64,000 nucleotides of DNA, taken from Azolla caroliniana. Taxonomy: Eukaryota > Plantae > Polypodiophyta. The first letter of the stretch is position 1. The number at the start of each line of letters is the position of its first letter. The stretch spans positions 22,072,001 through 22,136,000 of the forward strand of contig JBHGNT010000003.1 of the NCBI GenBank assembly GCA_043228905.1, read 5' to 3'. The notes under the pieces are model-generated. The model was given only the letters and a program-made list of their open reading frames with translations, was not told the origin of the DNA and did no database searches. A program made the translations under genes and the position numbers. Positions 12,641 to 30,886 of the stretch are shown piece after piece.

Positions 12641-13659
12641 CTTTCTCGCAAGTAACACACACTCACATCAATTGTTGGGTAGTATTAAGAACTCGTCAAT
12701 TGAACCCATGTTTGGACATTGTCAAACACTTATGTGAATGTATTACAATCCATAACAAGAGAATTCTCAATCCTAACTCAAGATCGATCTTTGTACTCAA
12801 ATGTTAGGTTAAACTATCAAGTTATGTCGTTGATGTGCTAGTAAGGCTAGTTTCACAAGAAGTGATAGCAACACACCATTACGTGTTAAAGAAGCAATTG
12901 TATAATATCGGGTTCTACAATCATTCATCAAATACTAGAAGTAGCTAGACATTATCATATAGTTGTGGTATGTTTCTACTATCATGGGAGATACTAAACA
13001 AACTTGAACCATATTGGTGTGGCTCAAACATTACAAATAAGCCAATTCTTAACCACCACCACTTAATCTAAACTCATGTTGACTTATTGGTACTGGCTAG
13101 TTATGGCGTGACATCCTCAAGTTGTTTCTTCAAGTCATGGTCGAACATTGCTAACGCTAGTTATAATTCCGTAACTTCACGCATTGGTACATTTTTAGTA
13201 GAGTTTGCTTACGAGGGTTGAAAAGGATGCTCGTGAGATAAGACACCCTCAAAATCTCAAGGGATTAGGTGTTCTGGCTTACTAGTGGGTAGATATGTTA
13301 TTGCTTCCAGTACCTAGAAATGCCAAAGAAAGGGTTTTGTGGTCGTACTCTACTAGGGTTAGTTCCTTCTTGAAGAAGGTACTAAGTTTAATAAATGTTA
13401 ACATGACACAAACTAGAATAATCGGGATTTACTGTCACTTCACATGACACACACAAAAGAGAAGGGTATTTGGACCCAATCTGGTAGGACAAAGACATTG
13501 AATGAATCAAGCAGAGCCGTAGAAGAGGCTTTTCTTCTAAGATGCACTATAAATAGAGAGCCTCTAATCTAATTCGGTTGTCAGTTTGTAACAACCACTT
13601 CTCTAAATGTTGAGACTTCAACTTTCCAAAAACCTTAAAGAGTAGAAAAAGTTAGTTGT

Positions 13660-14345
13660 AAACCTGCACACAGCAAGATGAATATGCTAAACAAAGAATA
13701 TGGGGCCTTCAATTTTCAAAACCCTGGTACAAGACGTTAGTTATAAACCTGCATACATCAAGATGGAAATAAAGAACATTATGCTAAACAACGACATGTA
13801 CACTCCATTTACCAAACAAAAGTGCACACATTCCTTGGAATCTGATTCGCACACGTGTCATTCTATAATGCGTACAATACATGACAATATCCGCAACAAT
13901 AAGACATCGTAACATTCTGACGATTGCAGAACACATGCCCGTCTCCATAACAATAAGACATCGAGTTGTACATTCCATTCTAACATATGAGGCCTCCCAA
14001 CCTGATCCTGCATTCCATTCTAACATACAAAATCCTCCAATTCATACAATATTCTTGATAAATAACTCTATTTTGACAAACAAAAAATCTGATTCGTACA
14101 ATTTCATTCCTGTCAAACACAGGACGCAATTCACACAACTTCCATTGACAAGGACTCTACACTGGACACAATTCATGCAATTTCCATTGACAAAGAGAGT
14201 CTGATTCATGCACTAAATTTTTGGCCAGAAGAGAATCCAACTTCTCACCAATAGAGAACCTAAATTTTAACATATATTCAGACATGCCCTGATTCTTACA
14301 TTATGTTCTTACAAACCAGAATCTGTTTCGTGCATTCCACTTTGG
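13660..14345. repeat. patchwork of short degenerate tandem duplications downstream of polyubiquitin
   Basis: Repeated motifs: aaacctgca..ca..aagatg / atgctaaacaa (x2), aacaataagacatcg (x2), ggac(g/a)caattca...ttccattgacaa (x2), tctgattc (several). Confidence 0.55.
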
Positions 14346-15013
14346 CAATAGATGAATTTGAATCCACTTACACTGACAGTCTTGCATATGGTTGAAACAC
14401 AGCTAGATTATGCATCGAGTATGATGGTTCTTTTCAATTCATGGAGCCACAATCATGCAAATACATTCTAACAAACAGTATGAGAGCAATTGGTAAATGT
14501 CAGGAACAACAATCTATCAAGAACAGATAATAAAAAGCAAGGCTATCAGAACTAAACGTTTTTTGAGAACACATGAAAATTTGATACATTAAAACAGAAA
14601 GGTAAGTTATGAACCATTCTTCAAGAATATTCTCCATCCCAGTGTAACATTCACAAGCACATGGTTAGCATGGCAAACAACCATACTCTCATCATAAGAT
14701 GGATGCGTAATCAAATTTGAAAGCAATAACATAAATGAGTTGTCAACGGAGATAGAAGGAGAAATAATACCAATGAAACATTGCATAACAAATAAGAAAA
14801 CTATATTAAGATGGTGTTCGTCCAGAGAACATTATTCAACATAGACTAGAAAAGAAGGCCTGAGCCTAGTGACAAAGGCCACAACGTAAACAAGAGAAAG
14901 GACTAAAGATCGACATGTTTAAGACCTATGAGAAACACACCACATACTACTGACAATGAAAGAGCTGCAAAATCCTGGATAGTATCAATAACAAGAAAAA
15001 CCTAAGCATTCCA

Positions 15014-16552
<1,539 letters not shown>

Positions 16553-16734
16553 CTCCACCAACGCGAAGCAGCAGGGACGGAAGAAACGAACGATCGGACG
16601 AAGAAGATGCAGATGCAGATGCAGACGCAGACGAAGACGAAGACGAAGGAAAGAAGCGAAGGGGTGAGAATGGGATGTCTCTTCTTATTCTTCTTCTTCC
16701 TCCTCTTCTTTCTCTTGATGTGTGTGTGTGCGTG

Positions 16735-16744
16735 TTATATATAA
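16735..16744 (-). promoter_or_regulatory. probable TATA box of polyubiquitin
   Basis: TTATATATAA on the minus strand, upstream of the microsatellite-rich leader exon. Confidence 0.45.
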
Positions 16745-17930
16745 TTCTAATTCTGATTTTAATTATATGTATGTATAGAGAAAGAAGCGAAGAAACGCCC
16801 CCCTTCTCCTTCCTTCCTTCCTTCCTTCAATTGGACGATGAATGAAGAAAAAAAGCATTTTTACACACATGTCACACATTCAAACACAGCATATAAAAAG
16901 GCTGTATGTAACCTTACCTCTTGTTCTAAAGGGTTTGCTATACTATAATTCTTGGAGATTAAACAGGCCACCATGTTTTGAAGCACAATACGAATAGAGC
17001 CTATCATATGATGGAGATCCTTGCAAATCATTTCTTATAGGTTCATGCCATTGTGCTTAGTGTTTCTTAATATATTATTTCCATATATTACACCAAAACA
17101 AATGAAAACCTTCCTCAATTGGCTCGATGCGTCAATCTCACAATTCATCCAAGTTCACCACCACCCTCGCTTTCTAACCACTTATATATCTATCGCCTAG
17201 CATAGGAGTAAACCTTTTAACATTTGGATGCTCTTGATAGAAGAGACCTTGTAACACATTTGTCATTCTCATGCACAATCATGTTTTTGGCCTCTTCATG
17301 ACCATAATATATCATCATCCTATTCCTCTTGTATTTCCACACATTTACTAACCTCAAACATGTTTGCACATATCTCCATCACAAACATTGACAATTGATT
17401 TAACATCGTGATCACTCTTAACTATGCCGATGAGTAATCCTTGGTTAATTTCCATAGTCCTCGATTGTTGTGATGTTTGTCAATCAAGTAAACCATGTGA
17501 TTAATTTGCTATAAAATTTGCTCATCAACAAGGTGAGAAAAAACACATCTCCTTGATCAAATCTCTATAGATTGTGGAATTATATTTTACTGACGCATAT
17601 GGAAGAAAATCTAAGAAAGATCAAGCATACACTTTTTTGCTTGAGCATCTTTTATAACTTTCTTTGAAGCCATTGGATCTGTCAATACAAAACTTTCTCC
17701 TAAAGGCTAAAACTATGTAGACCATTGAACATCTTCAATTGGGTACATCAATAAAGTTTATTGTGAAACATATTAAAAGAAGCTATCATATGTTTGGGGG
17801 TTTTTTTACATAAGGATATAGTATATAACATCAAAATATTAAAGTTGACAAAATTTACTTTAATGTTCTCTGTAAATATGCATGTGTGTTCTCTCAAGAG
17901 AACACATACAATGGTGCTAAATTTAATAAT

Positions 17931-19001
17931 TCAAATAAGCGAGAAGGATAGCAATGTTGTAATGGTGCCAAATAGAACCCAAGTTGAGAATACATGTATC
18001 ATTGAAGAAGCATCATTCTTTACATTTTGTGTTGTATCATCATGGTTGCAAGTGGGGACGGAGTGAAGGGTTGCAGTGGTAGCACTAACAGAAGAATTTG
18101 TGTAATTTATTTGACCAAGCACTGTAATTGCAAGCTTAAGAGGTGGACAATGCCCTGGGAACGAGGAAATAAAATACTTGGTCCCCGTACTTTGGAGTAT
18201 CACATTTGTATTGCCATTTATCCAATGGTTTATGGGGTTCTTTCCATTGCAAGTGGCATAGTCGTCCTCGCTTACCTCGGCCAAATCTTCTGCACCTTGA
18301 TTATATGGAAAAACTAATAAATAGCACAATTAGTAATAATAATATGGAAAAAAAAGTAATTAACAAAAATGATTAAATAAGCAATGGTAATATTTGTGCT
18401 TAACAATTCAAAAGATGATGTCTTAGTGCGAGGGTTAATTTTAGTAAGATAATTAGTGATATTATCCTTAGTACGAGAGTTACTTTTAATATTTTCAAAA
18501 CAACATGCTAACATTAAAAAGCGAGTTGCCTAACATTGGCATATTGTGAATGAAGATAAGATCTTGCGGAGGCCCCCAACATTGCATCAAGCATGATAGT
18601 CCGTATAAGGATGTCACAAAGTAGCATAACCTAAGGGTCTTGTGAGGGGTGTAAGCTCTAATCAAGTGACATATGAGTGCATACAAAGGGCAAACATTGT
18701 AGAAAACCATGCAATAAGAGAATCTCTCTGAATAAGCTCAAAGTGGGCATATACACCCCTAGCTTAGTGATTCACAAAAACCATCAAGTATTGTTTGATG
18801 ATGAATGCATTTCATTCTAGCAAAAGGAGGAGACTCACTTAGTTGATCACCGAGTGCAAAGGTTGTGTTGGAAGGGATCGTGAAGTTTAGAGCCGACCAT
18901 GATATTGTGAAAGTCTCAGCAAAAGAATTATTCATTTCTCTTCCTTGTGCAAGCATCACCACAACCACCACCCAGAACATTGATCCTCTCATTAGCTTCA
19001 T
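17931..19001 (-). CDS. phytocyanin / early-nodulin-like (plastocyanin-like domain) protein, secreted and probably GPI-anchored; exons 19001-18839, 18313-17931 (181 aa)
   Basis: Signal peptide; TFALGDQL|IFPY across the conserved phase-1 GT-AG intron; V...DYATC...PI...G.T.V.L...G..YFISSFPGHC...KLAITV; Ser/Thr-rich linker and hydrophobic C-terminus. Confidence 0.88.
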
Positions 19002-21146
19002 GTTTTCTTGATTTTGGTCTTGATCTCTCTCCCTTTCTCTCCTTCCATGGATCCTCTCCTTTATGTACTTAACTCCCTCGATTTATCCTTTTCATCCCAT
19101 CCTAAGTTAATTAATTGTTACCAAAAGTAATTCATATTTTATGGCCTCATTTCCTTTTTAAGCTAATCAATCCAACATGGAGCTCCTCGTTTTCACTCAA
19201 CAATTATACTCCCCCTTTTATACTCAACTTCAAGTTCACATGTTGCTTCGATCAGAATTTCGGAATGTACCAACATTCTGTACATCAAAACAAGCTTTTG
19301 TTTCACTACTTTTCTTTACAACTTTGTTTTTTCATCAATGCAAGAATCTTTTCGAAGCTCGCATTGAAACTTTGGAGCCCTTCAAGTTCTTCTTTATGTG
19401 AATAAAAAATAGGGGTACCATAAACACTTATATGTGTAAGGCTATAAAACGTATGGTTGCTTTGTTTCAAAATTACCTCTTCCATTCTAGGTGCTTTGGC
19501 CACGAGGTCAAAATAATCAACTGCACAATCTCGAAAAATCATAATTGAAGTTGTAATTCTTGTGATTTCGTAAACTTTTTTAAGGGCTAGTTATTGCTAC
19601 TCAATCAAATCATGTATGTCCCCCTCAATGATATCGGACATGGATGCTAAAAATTGAGGTCCAAGTGTTTGTGGGTGGCTTATTTATTCATGTTATGTGG
19701 GGTTTGATTGAATGCAACAACTAGTGATGCCTAATCATGGGAAGACTTTACTATTCCATGCTAAGATGATACAAAACAAGGTTTAGCAGCATTATGTGTC
19801 ATTGCATATGGAGAATAATATTTTGATCTTGGACAATTTGTGAAGCTCTTCATCCAATATTTGGGGATTTTGATTTGATATAAAGACCAATTAATGAATA
19901 TAGTAATCATAAATATCTTATTTTCCTAGTTCAATTTTTTTTTAATAGATTAGATTATGACCAACCCATCCTTCTTTGTTAGCATTCAATCCTTCTTAAC
20001 CAATCATTCAATTCAATATAGGTAATTTATCTATTCATTTATTTGGAAGATCATTTTAACATAAAAGAGGAACAAACAACTTCAACTTCTAACTATGGAA
20101 ATTTCTCAAGTAAAATATTCTAGTACTGCCTAATGTTTAAACATATGTCAACATTTTGTGTGTATAATGAATCCTAACTATGCATAGTGTTTAAAAATAC
20201 ATACAATTTTGGGTGTATAATGAATCCTAACTATTTCTATATGTGAGTCTATCCTTTCATTTGGGGAGAACTAAGCTTACTTGAATAATCCTAGATATGG
20301 TGTCCCATAATAAACTTTATGCATGAATTTATGTTGGTTTTACAGTTTACTTCCAAACCCATTGTTGAAATTAGCATGTATTCATAAATCTAAAATCAAA
20401 ACCACTACTACATAAGAATTAGTTTCTATTTTTCATGCCAAGACAGACTAGTTTCCAACTTCAACGTTACAAATAGAGGTGACAAAGATCATACTCCGTC
20501 CAATCTGTTTACATTTTCACATGCTTGCAAATCTATTAAGTCTTTATTATGACACTATGTGTTAATTGCACAAAGATGTTTGTGAATTAAAGACAAACTT
20601 ATAACATCTTTAAATTCGCACTAGTTGAAACTACTTGAACGAACACAACATTAGTCAACAATTGGAATAAAACTACTAAACAAAGCTTGAACAATCCTAA
20701 AATCTTGTATAAAAGCAAATGAAAAGGGTAATGTATACCATTGCCGATATGAGATAAATGGCTACAAAAATGATAAGAGACAAACTTTCCCTCATGTCTT
20801 TCTTCCTCCCCAAACATAGTTGATTGGAGGTTACCTATGTTTTGACCATAGTAACTCTTGACAAGAGGAAGAAGAAGCCTTCAACATCTTATACACAAAC
20901 TTTGTAAAAGTAGTTTCAACTTTGTACCATGATCCTTCGGCTTGCCACATTAAACTACCCATAGCAAAAACTATACTCTTTAGTTCTCTCTTTTAAGTAC
21001 TAACTTTTGTACCATGACTCTCGGTAAGAAGACGAGGAAGAATATCTTCCTATACATAATAAAACACCCCTCTCTCGCGCACTCATCTTTCACTCAGTAA
21101 CAAGAAGAATAAGCCCTTATCAAACATTATATATAAAATGCTCTCT

Positions 21147-26657
<5,511 letters not shown>

Positions 26658-27017
26658 AATCACGAGAAGCTTTTTCTTTCCGGTGAATTACGGACGGTGA
26701 ACGATCTGGAGATTTTAATTCCGAGACAAATGGCCTAGAATTAGGGTTTCGCGAAGGAATGCAGAACTAGAGATTTATGAAGAAGGATTGTCGAATTAGT
26801 CTTTCATGCAGAATCGTGAAGCCGACTTTTAAAACAAAATAGGCTGTTTGAGGTAGGATACTCGAGATATGGAGAATTAGGGTTTATAAAGGAGTGCTAA
26901 AATCTGGATGTTATGTGAAGGCGTGGCAGAGGTGAAATCTTTACGTGCGTAGGGTTAGGGTTTATTGAGGAAAACTGTGTGGTCTTTGTGGCTTTTCTTC
27001 CCCCTTATCTCTGGATA

Positions 27018-27032
27018 GTTCTAGAACCTTCT
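27018..27032. promoter_or_regulatory. heat-shock element (proximal) upstream of cpHsp70
   Basis: gTTCt-aGAAc-cTTCt is three alternating nGAAn units. Telo-box-like TAGGGTTT motifs also lie nearby at ~26742, ~26878 and ~26956. Confidence 0.75.
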
Positions 27033-27350
27033 TCAACTTTTTCTCCTTCCACTGCTGTATCTGGATTCTGCTTTCTCTTTCCTTGAACTATAATTTTCCA
27101 AGAACAAAAATGCCCAACGAAAACAAATGTCCCCAAAATCCACACAAATCCACACACACATTTTGGTGTCTCGGACATTTCCCGAGAACTACACCCACCA
27201 TTTGTTCTCGGATGATCCGCCCATCATGTTCTCCAGAGCCCGCCCCCCTCGTTTCCATTTCGTCCGCCCATTCATGGTTCGATGTGTTTCGATTCTATTT
27301 GCTTTCTTTCTTTCTTTCTTATGTGCGAATATGAAGATGTCAGATGTTGC

Positions 27351-27641
27351 TAGTACGAATCGGCAATGGCTCGGCTCAAGCCTGAACCGAATCGTTAAAC
27401 CATTTTTAAACAGTTTGACGTTCGGTTCGGTTTAGGGTTGACCTTGCTTAACTGGTTTGAGCTCGGTTTGGGATGGCTCAAACCTAACCGACCCAATTTG
27501 GGTCAAACTAGTTTTCAAACCAATTAAGGCTTAATTCGCTTGGATAAATCGATTCCTAAACCAGTTAGCCTTAACTGGTTTGGTTCAAGTTTGAAAACTC
27601 CATGACCGGTTAAGCGGAAACAAACCATTTGCCGATTCGTA
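27351..27641. mobile_element. hAT-like MITE
   Basis: Left TIR (TAG)TACGAATCGGCAATGG; right end CCATTTGCCGATTCGTA. Flanks GATGTTGC (27343-27350) and GATGTTGG (27642-27649) match at 7 of 8 bases as an 8-bp TSD. Many internal AACCG/CGGTT/AACC motifs. Confidence 0.75.
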
Positions 27642-27952
27642 GATGTTGGTATGAAATATTGAGCCCTGGGAAAAACACGTTTTTCGTTAAGGTTTAGGAA
27701 TACAAATAATGTAATGTGACTAGGTGTTGATATGGGTTAGTTCACTTGCTATGATGAAGTATTGTTGAGGGTTTCCAATTCGGATGACAGTAGGGACGCA
27801 CAAATTGTCTGCTAGCGTTGGTTACAATGGATAGAGAATACGCTTAAAACAATGTAAAGCTTTATGTTATCATTTGGTAATCAATTAAATGTCATTGTCA
27901 TTACATGTAACACCATGCTTGGATATCCTACAACAGACTTGATCACATGATT

Positions 27953-28042
27953 GTTCTAGAACCTTCCACACAAATCATAGATTTCTTACCGACAATTTTT
28001 ACTGAGGTTTCCTGTCTTCCCAAGGTTGCTCTAGAACCTTCT
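27953..28042. promoter_or_regulatory. two distal heat-shock-element-like motifs
   Basis: gttctagaaccttc at 27953 is identical to the proximal HSE; gctctagaaccttct at 28028 has one mismatch. Confidence 0.55.
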
Positions 28043-28152
28043 ACAAGGCTTTTCGATGCTTAGATCTTCTTCTTTTTTTCCACAAAAATTCATTAGAATT
28101 TTTTTGGGGGAAAACCTTGAAGATTACTCCCAATCATTTTTATATTTTTTTC

Positions 28153-28280
28153 TTGCCACAAAATTTGTCACAAGCAATAAGCAATAGGAGGTTCTACCAA
28201 TCTTGTGGTCATTGATAAGGTGTATACTTTTATTGCCACAAAATTTGTCAAAAGCAAGAAGTAGTAGGAGGCTTTAAGAA
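28153..28280. repeat. ~80-bp tandem duplication
   Basis: ttgccacaaaatttgtca.aagcaa.aag.a.taggagg...aatcttg.ggtcattgat occurs twice. Confidence 0.8.
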
Positions 28281-30886
28281 TCTTGAGGTCATTGATTAGG
28301 AATATTTTATATATAGGGAACATTTTGTTAGTTCTAAAAATTGAGATGTCACATGTCGATTTTTAATTTTGAGGGACATTCCAATTTCCTACCATTTTTT
28401 AAAGTTGATATTGACTATGTGAGCATTTTCTCTTTCAAGGGATATTAGCGCATAATCCTAGGAAGTCCAATACAAATCTAACTTGTTTTTTAAAATGAAA
28501 ACAATTTAACCAATGCCTAGGCACTAACCTAATATGCAATACACTATCAACATGCATAGTTAACTTAAATGGATAAGAATAATGTAATGCAAATGGATAG
28601 CAATACCAAATCATTCCGTCATGGCTACCCATGAATTATCGCATCTACATTATTGTTGATATCAATCATGTTCATAATCACTTATTGGAAAAAAAATAAC
28701 ATGTTCATAATCAACCTAAACATGCTCGTAATTACTCTTACAATCACATTTATAACTCTAACCAAAATCAAATGTCATGTTCTTATATGAGTAATCGTGC
28801 ATATGGACATGATATGATATTATCAATTCGCATTAGGTAGTTTTTTTTAAATGATAAATATTTTATTCTGAAATAATGTTTCTCACTAATGCCAATAGTT
28901 ACCATGCAAATACTTATGCAAAATCAGTGAGACATAATAAAACATTCTTCAGCTTTCAACATAGTGCCTATTGGTGTACATATTAGAAATATAACTAATG
29001 ACATGCAAAAGAATAAGAAGATTATGGAGAATAATGGATCGAGGATGCTTAACCACATCAACCACCCCCAAGTGAAGGACACGAAATAAACATAAAATAC
29101 CTTTAAGGTCACATACTACCAAATATTACCTTATTTTATACCCTAGTTGTTGAATAATGGATCCAAATAAGAGAACATTGCCTCACCAATACAATATTAT
29201 CAACATTTCAATATACCACAAATAAGGGAGCAAGCCGCCTTAATATAGTTCAACAACTAAGGCTCCCTACCACCACATGTTCCCAAGTGTTATTGATCCT
29301 CATGGGTTTTACTCAAATCCTAGGATGACTACTTTCTCTGCTATCATACCCTTAACCCATTAAAATTAGCAATAAAATTGGTCCATAAGGTTATGGCTAT
29401 AACATTGTGTTTTATAACCTTTTGGTCATGGGTATTGTTGTGTGTGACATGTCGAGTTAGTATATTGATGGATACGCTATCATAATGGAGTTTGTGTCAT
29501 AAAAGCATAGGTAGCCCCTCAACCCTTTCATTTTGCGAAAATGCAACATAAATAAACAGTCAAGACTAGATTCTTAAGACCAAGGGACAATAACCAATAC
29601 AATTAAAATAAGGGTTATGTAGGACAGACCTAAGACATATCTAGGATCGTGTGAAAAATAAGTTGATGTAACTAGTCTCATTTTCTTGAACTTGAGCAGA
29701 GGGAGATTCCCCGATCTATGTATAAGCCTCCTTGTACAATCTCTTTGTAATAATCCTTCTCAACTAATGGGAAAGTAGCTTCATTTTGGAAAAGAAAAAA
29801 GAGAGTTGATTTTGTCCCCAAGGCATCCATTTTCTCCTATTGTGCACCAGAACGTTTACATACGCAATACGAGGGAGTTATCATTGAGGTTGCTAATGGT
29901 GCAAACTAAATTATTCAAAATGCTAATGATTGACGCAAGTAATCATTCATTGAGTCTCACTCTAGAAATAGATCCATTGTCCGTGACTCGAACTTCAAAT
30001 TCTTAATGTAGTGAACAATCATTATCATTGCACCATCATGTGATTCATGTCTATATGTTTTTTTCATGAATTTACTATAAGCTAACTTAATGAATTTTAA
30101 TATAAGCTAATTTCATGAATATATAAGCAATAGTTTGTCCTATGGCAAGGATATTTACAACCATATTTTGTTTTAAAGCATTAAATGTATTATTAGATGC
30201 CATAATTATGTGGTGATGCTTAATATCATTTTTTATTCCTTTTATCCCCCACATTTTGTTATTGTGACCTATGATTGTATGCTACATCATCATCACATAG
30301 TTACTCGTACATGTTTTTGAGCTAGCATGGAGCTCTAGGCACCATATTGTGAAAGCAACCCATGCAACAACTTACAAGGCCCCCCGCAATCCGAAGGCAA
30401 GGTTGAACGATTTTTGACAAATAGATAATGTTATCCCGAAAATCGATCCCATTGGGGAGGTAAATAGTGGATCTTGTTGAGTAGGTGCACGAAGCTCACT
30501 CATTACCGGAAAACACACAAGTGTTCTCAATGAAGGGCCACTAGAGAACCATCATTGGGCTCTCTTCAATGCAGAGTAACTAATATGCTATATCCCCCCT
30601 CCCTGCCCCCTCTTCAAATGTTCGGAACCAATGATTTCGTGCCACTTCATCGTCGAGCTCTACTCGGGATGGAACGTTTTCATGCCATGTAAGCATGCCA
30701 CATCAGCTCTGATTGTTTGCACATGTTGGAAATCATTTCTGCCACATCAGCATGATTCATTTCTCAGTTATACAAATCATTGCAGAGAGAGAGAGAGAGA
30801 GCTATGGCAACGCCTATTCTCAACCTTATCTTCGTATCTTCTGTTCTGAATTTCAAACGCCAATACTAACCATTTTAGTGTTAGAC

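Noticed and set aside
29960-30040. tRNA/SINE-like A-box and B-box (TGGTGCAATGA...GTTCGAGTC) on the minus strand
   Set aside because: No cloverleaf, tail or TSD identifiable; too weak to call.
30713-30886. N-terminal extension of PPR2 given by the ORF track
   Set aside because: Begins at a non-ATG codon and runs through a GA microsatellite; the ATG at 30887 gives a more plausible transit peptide.
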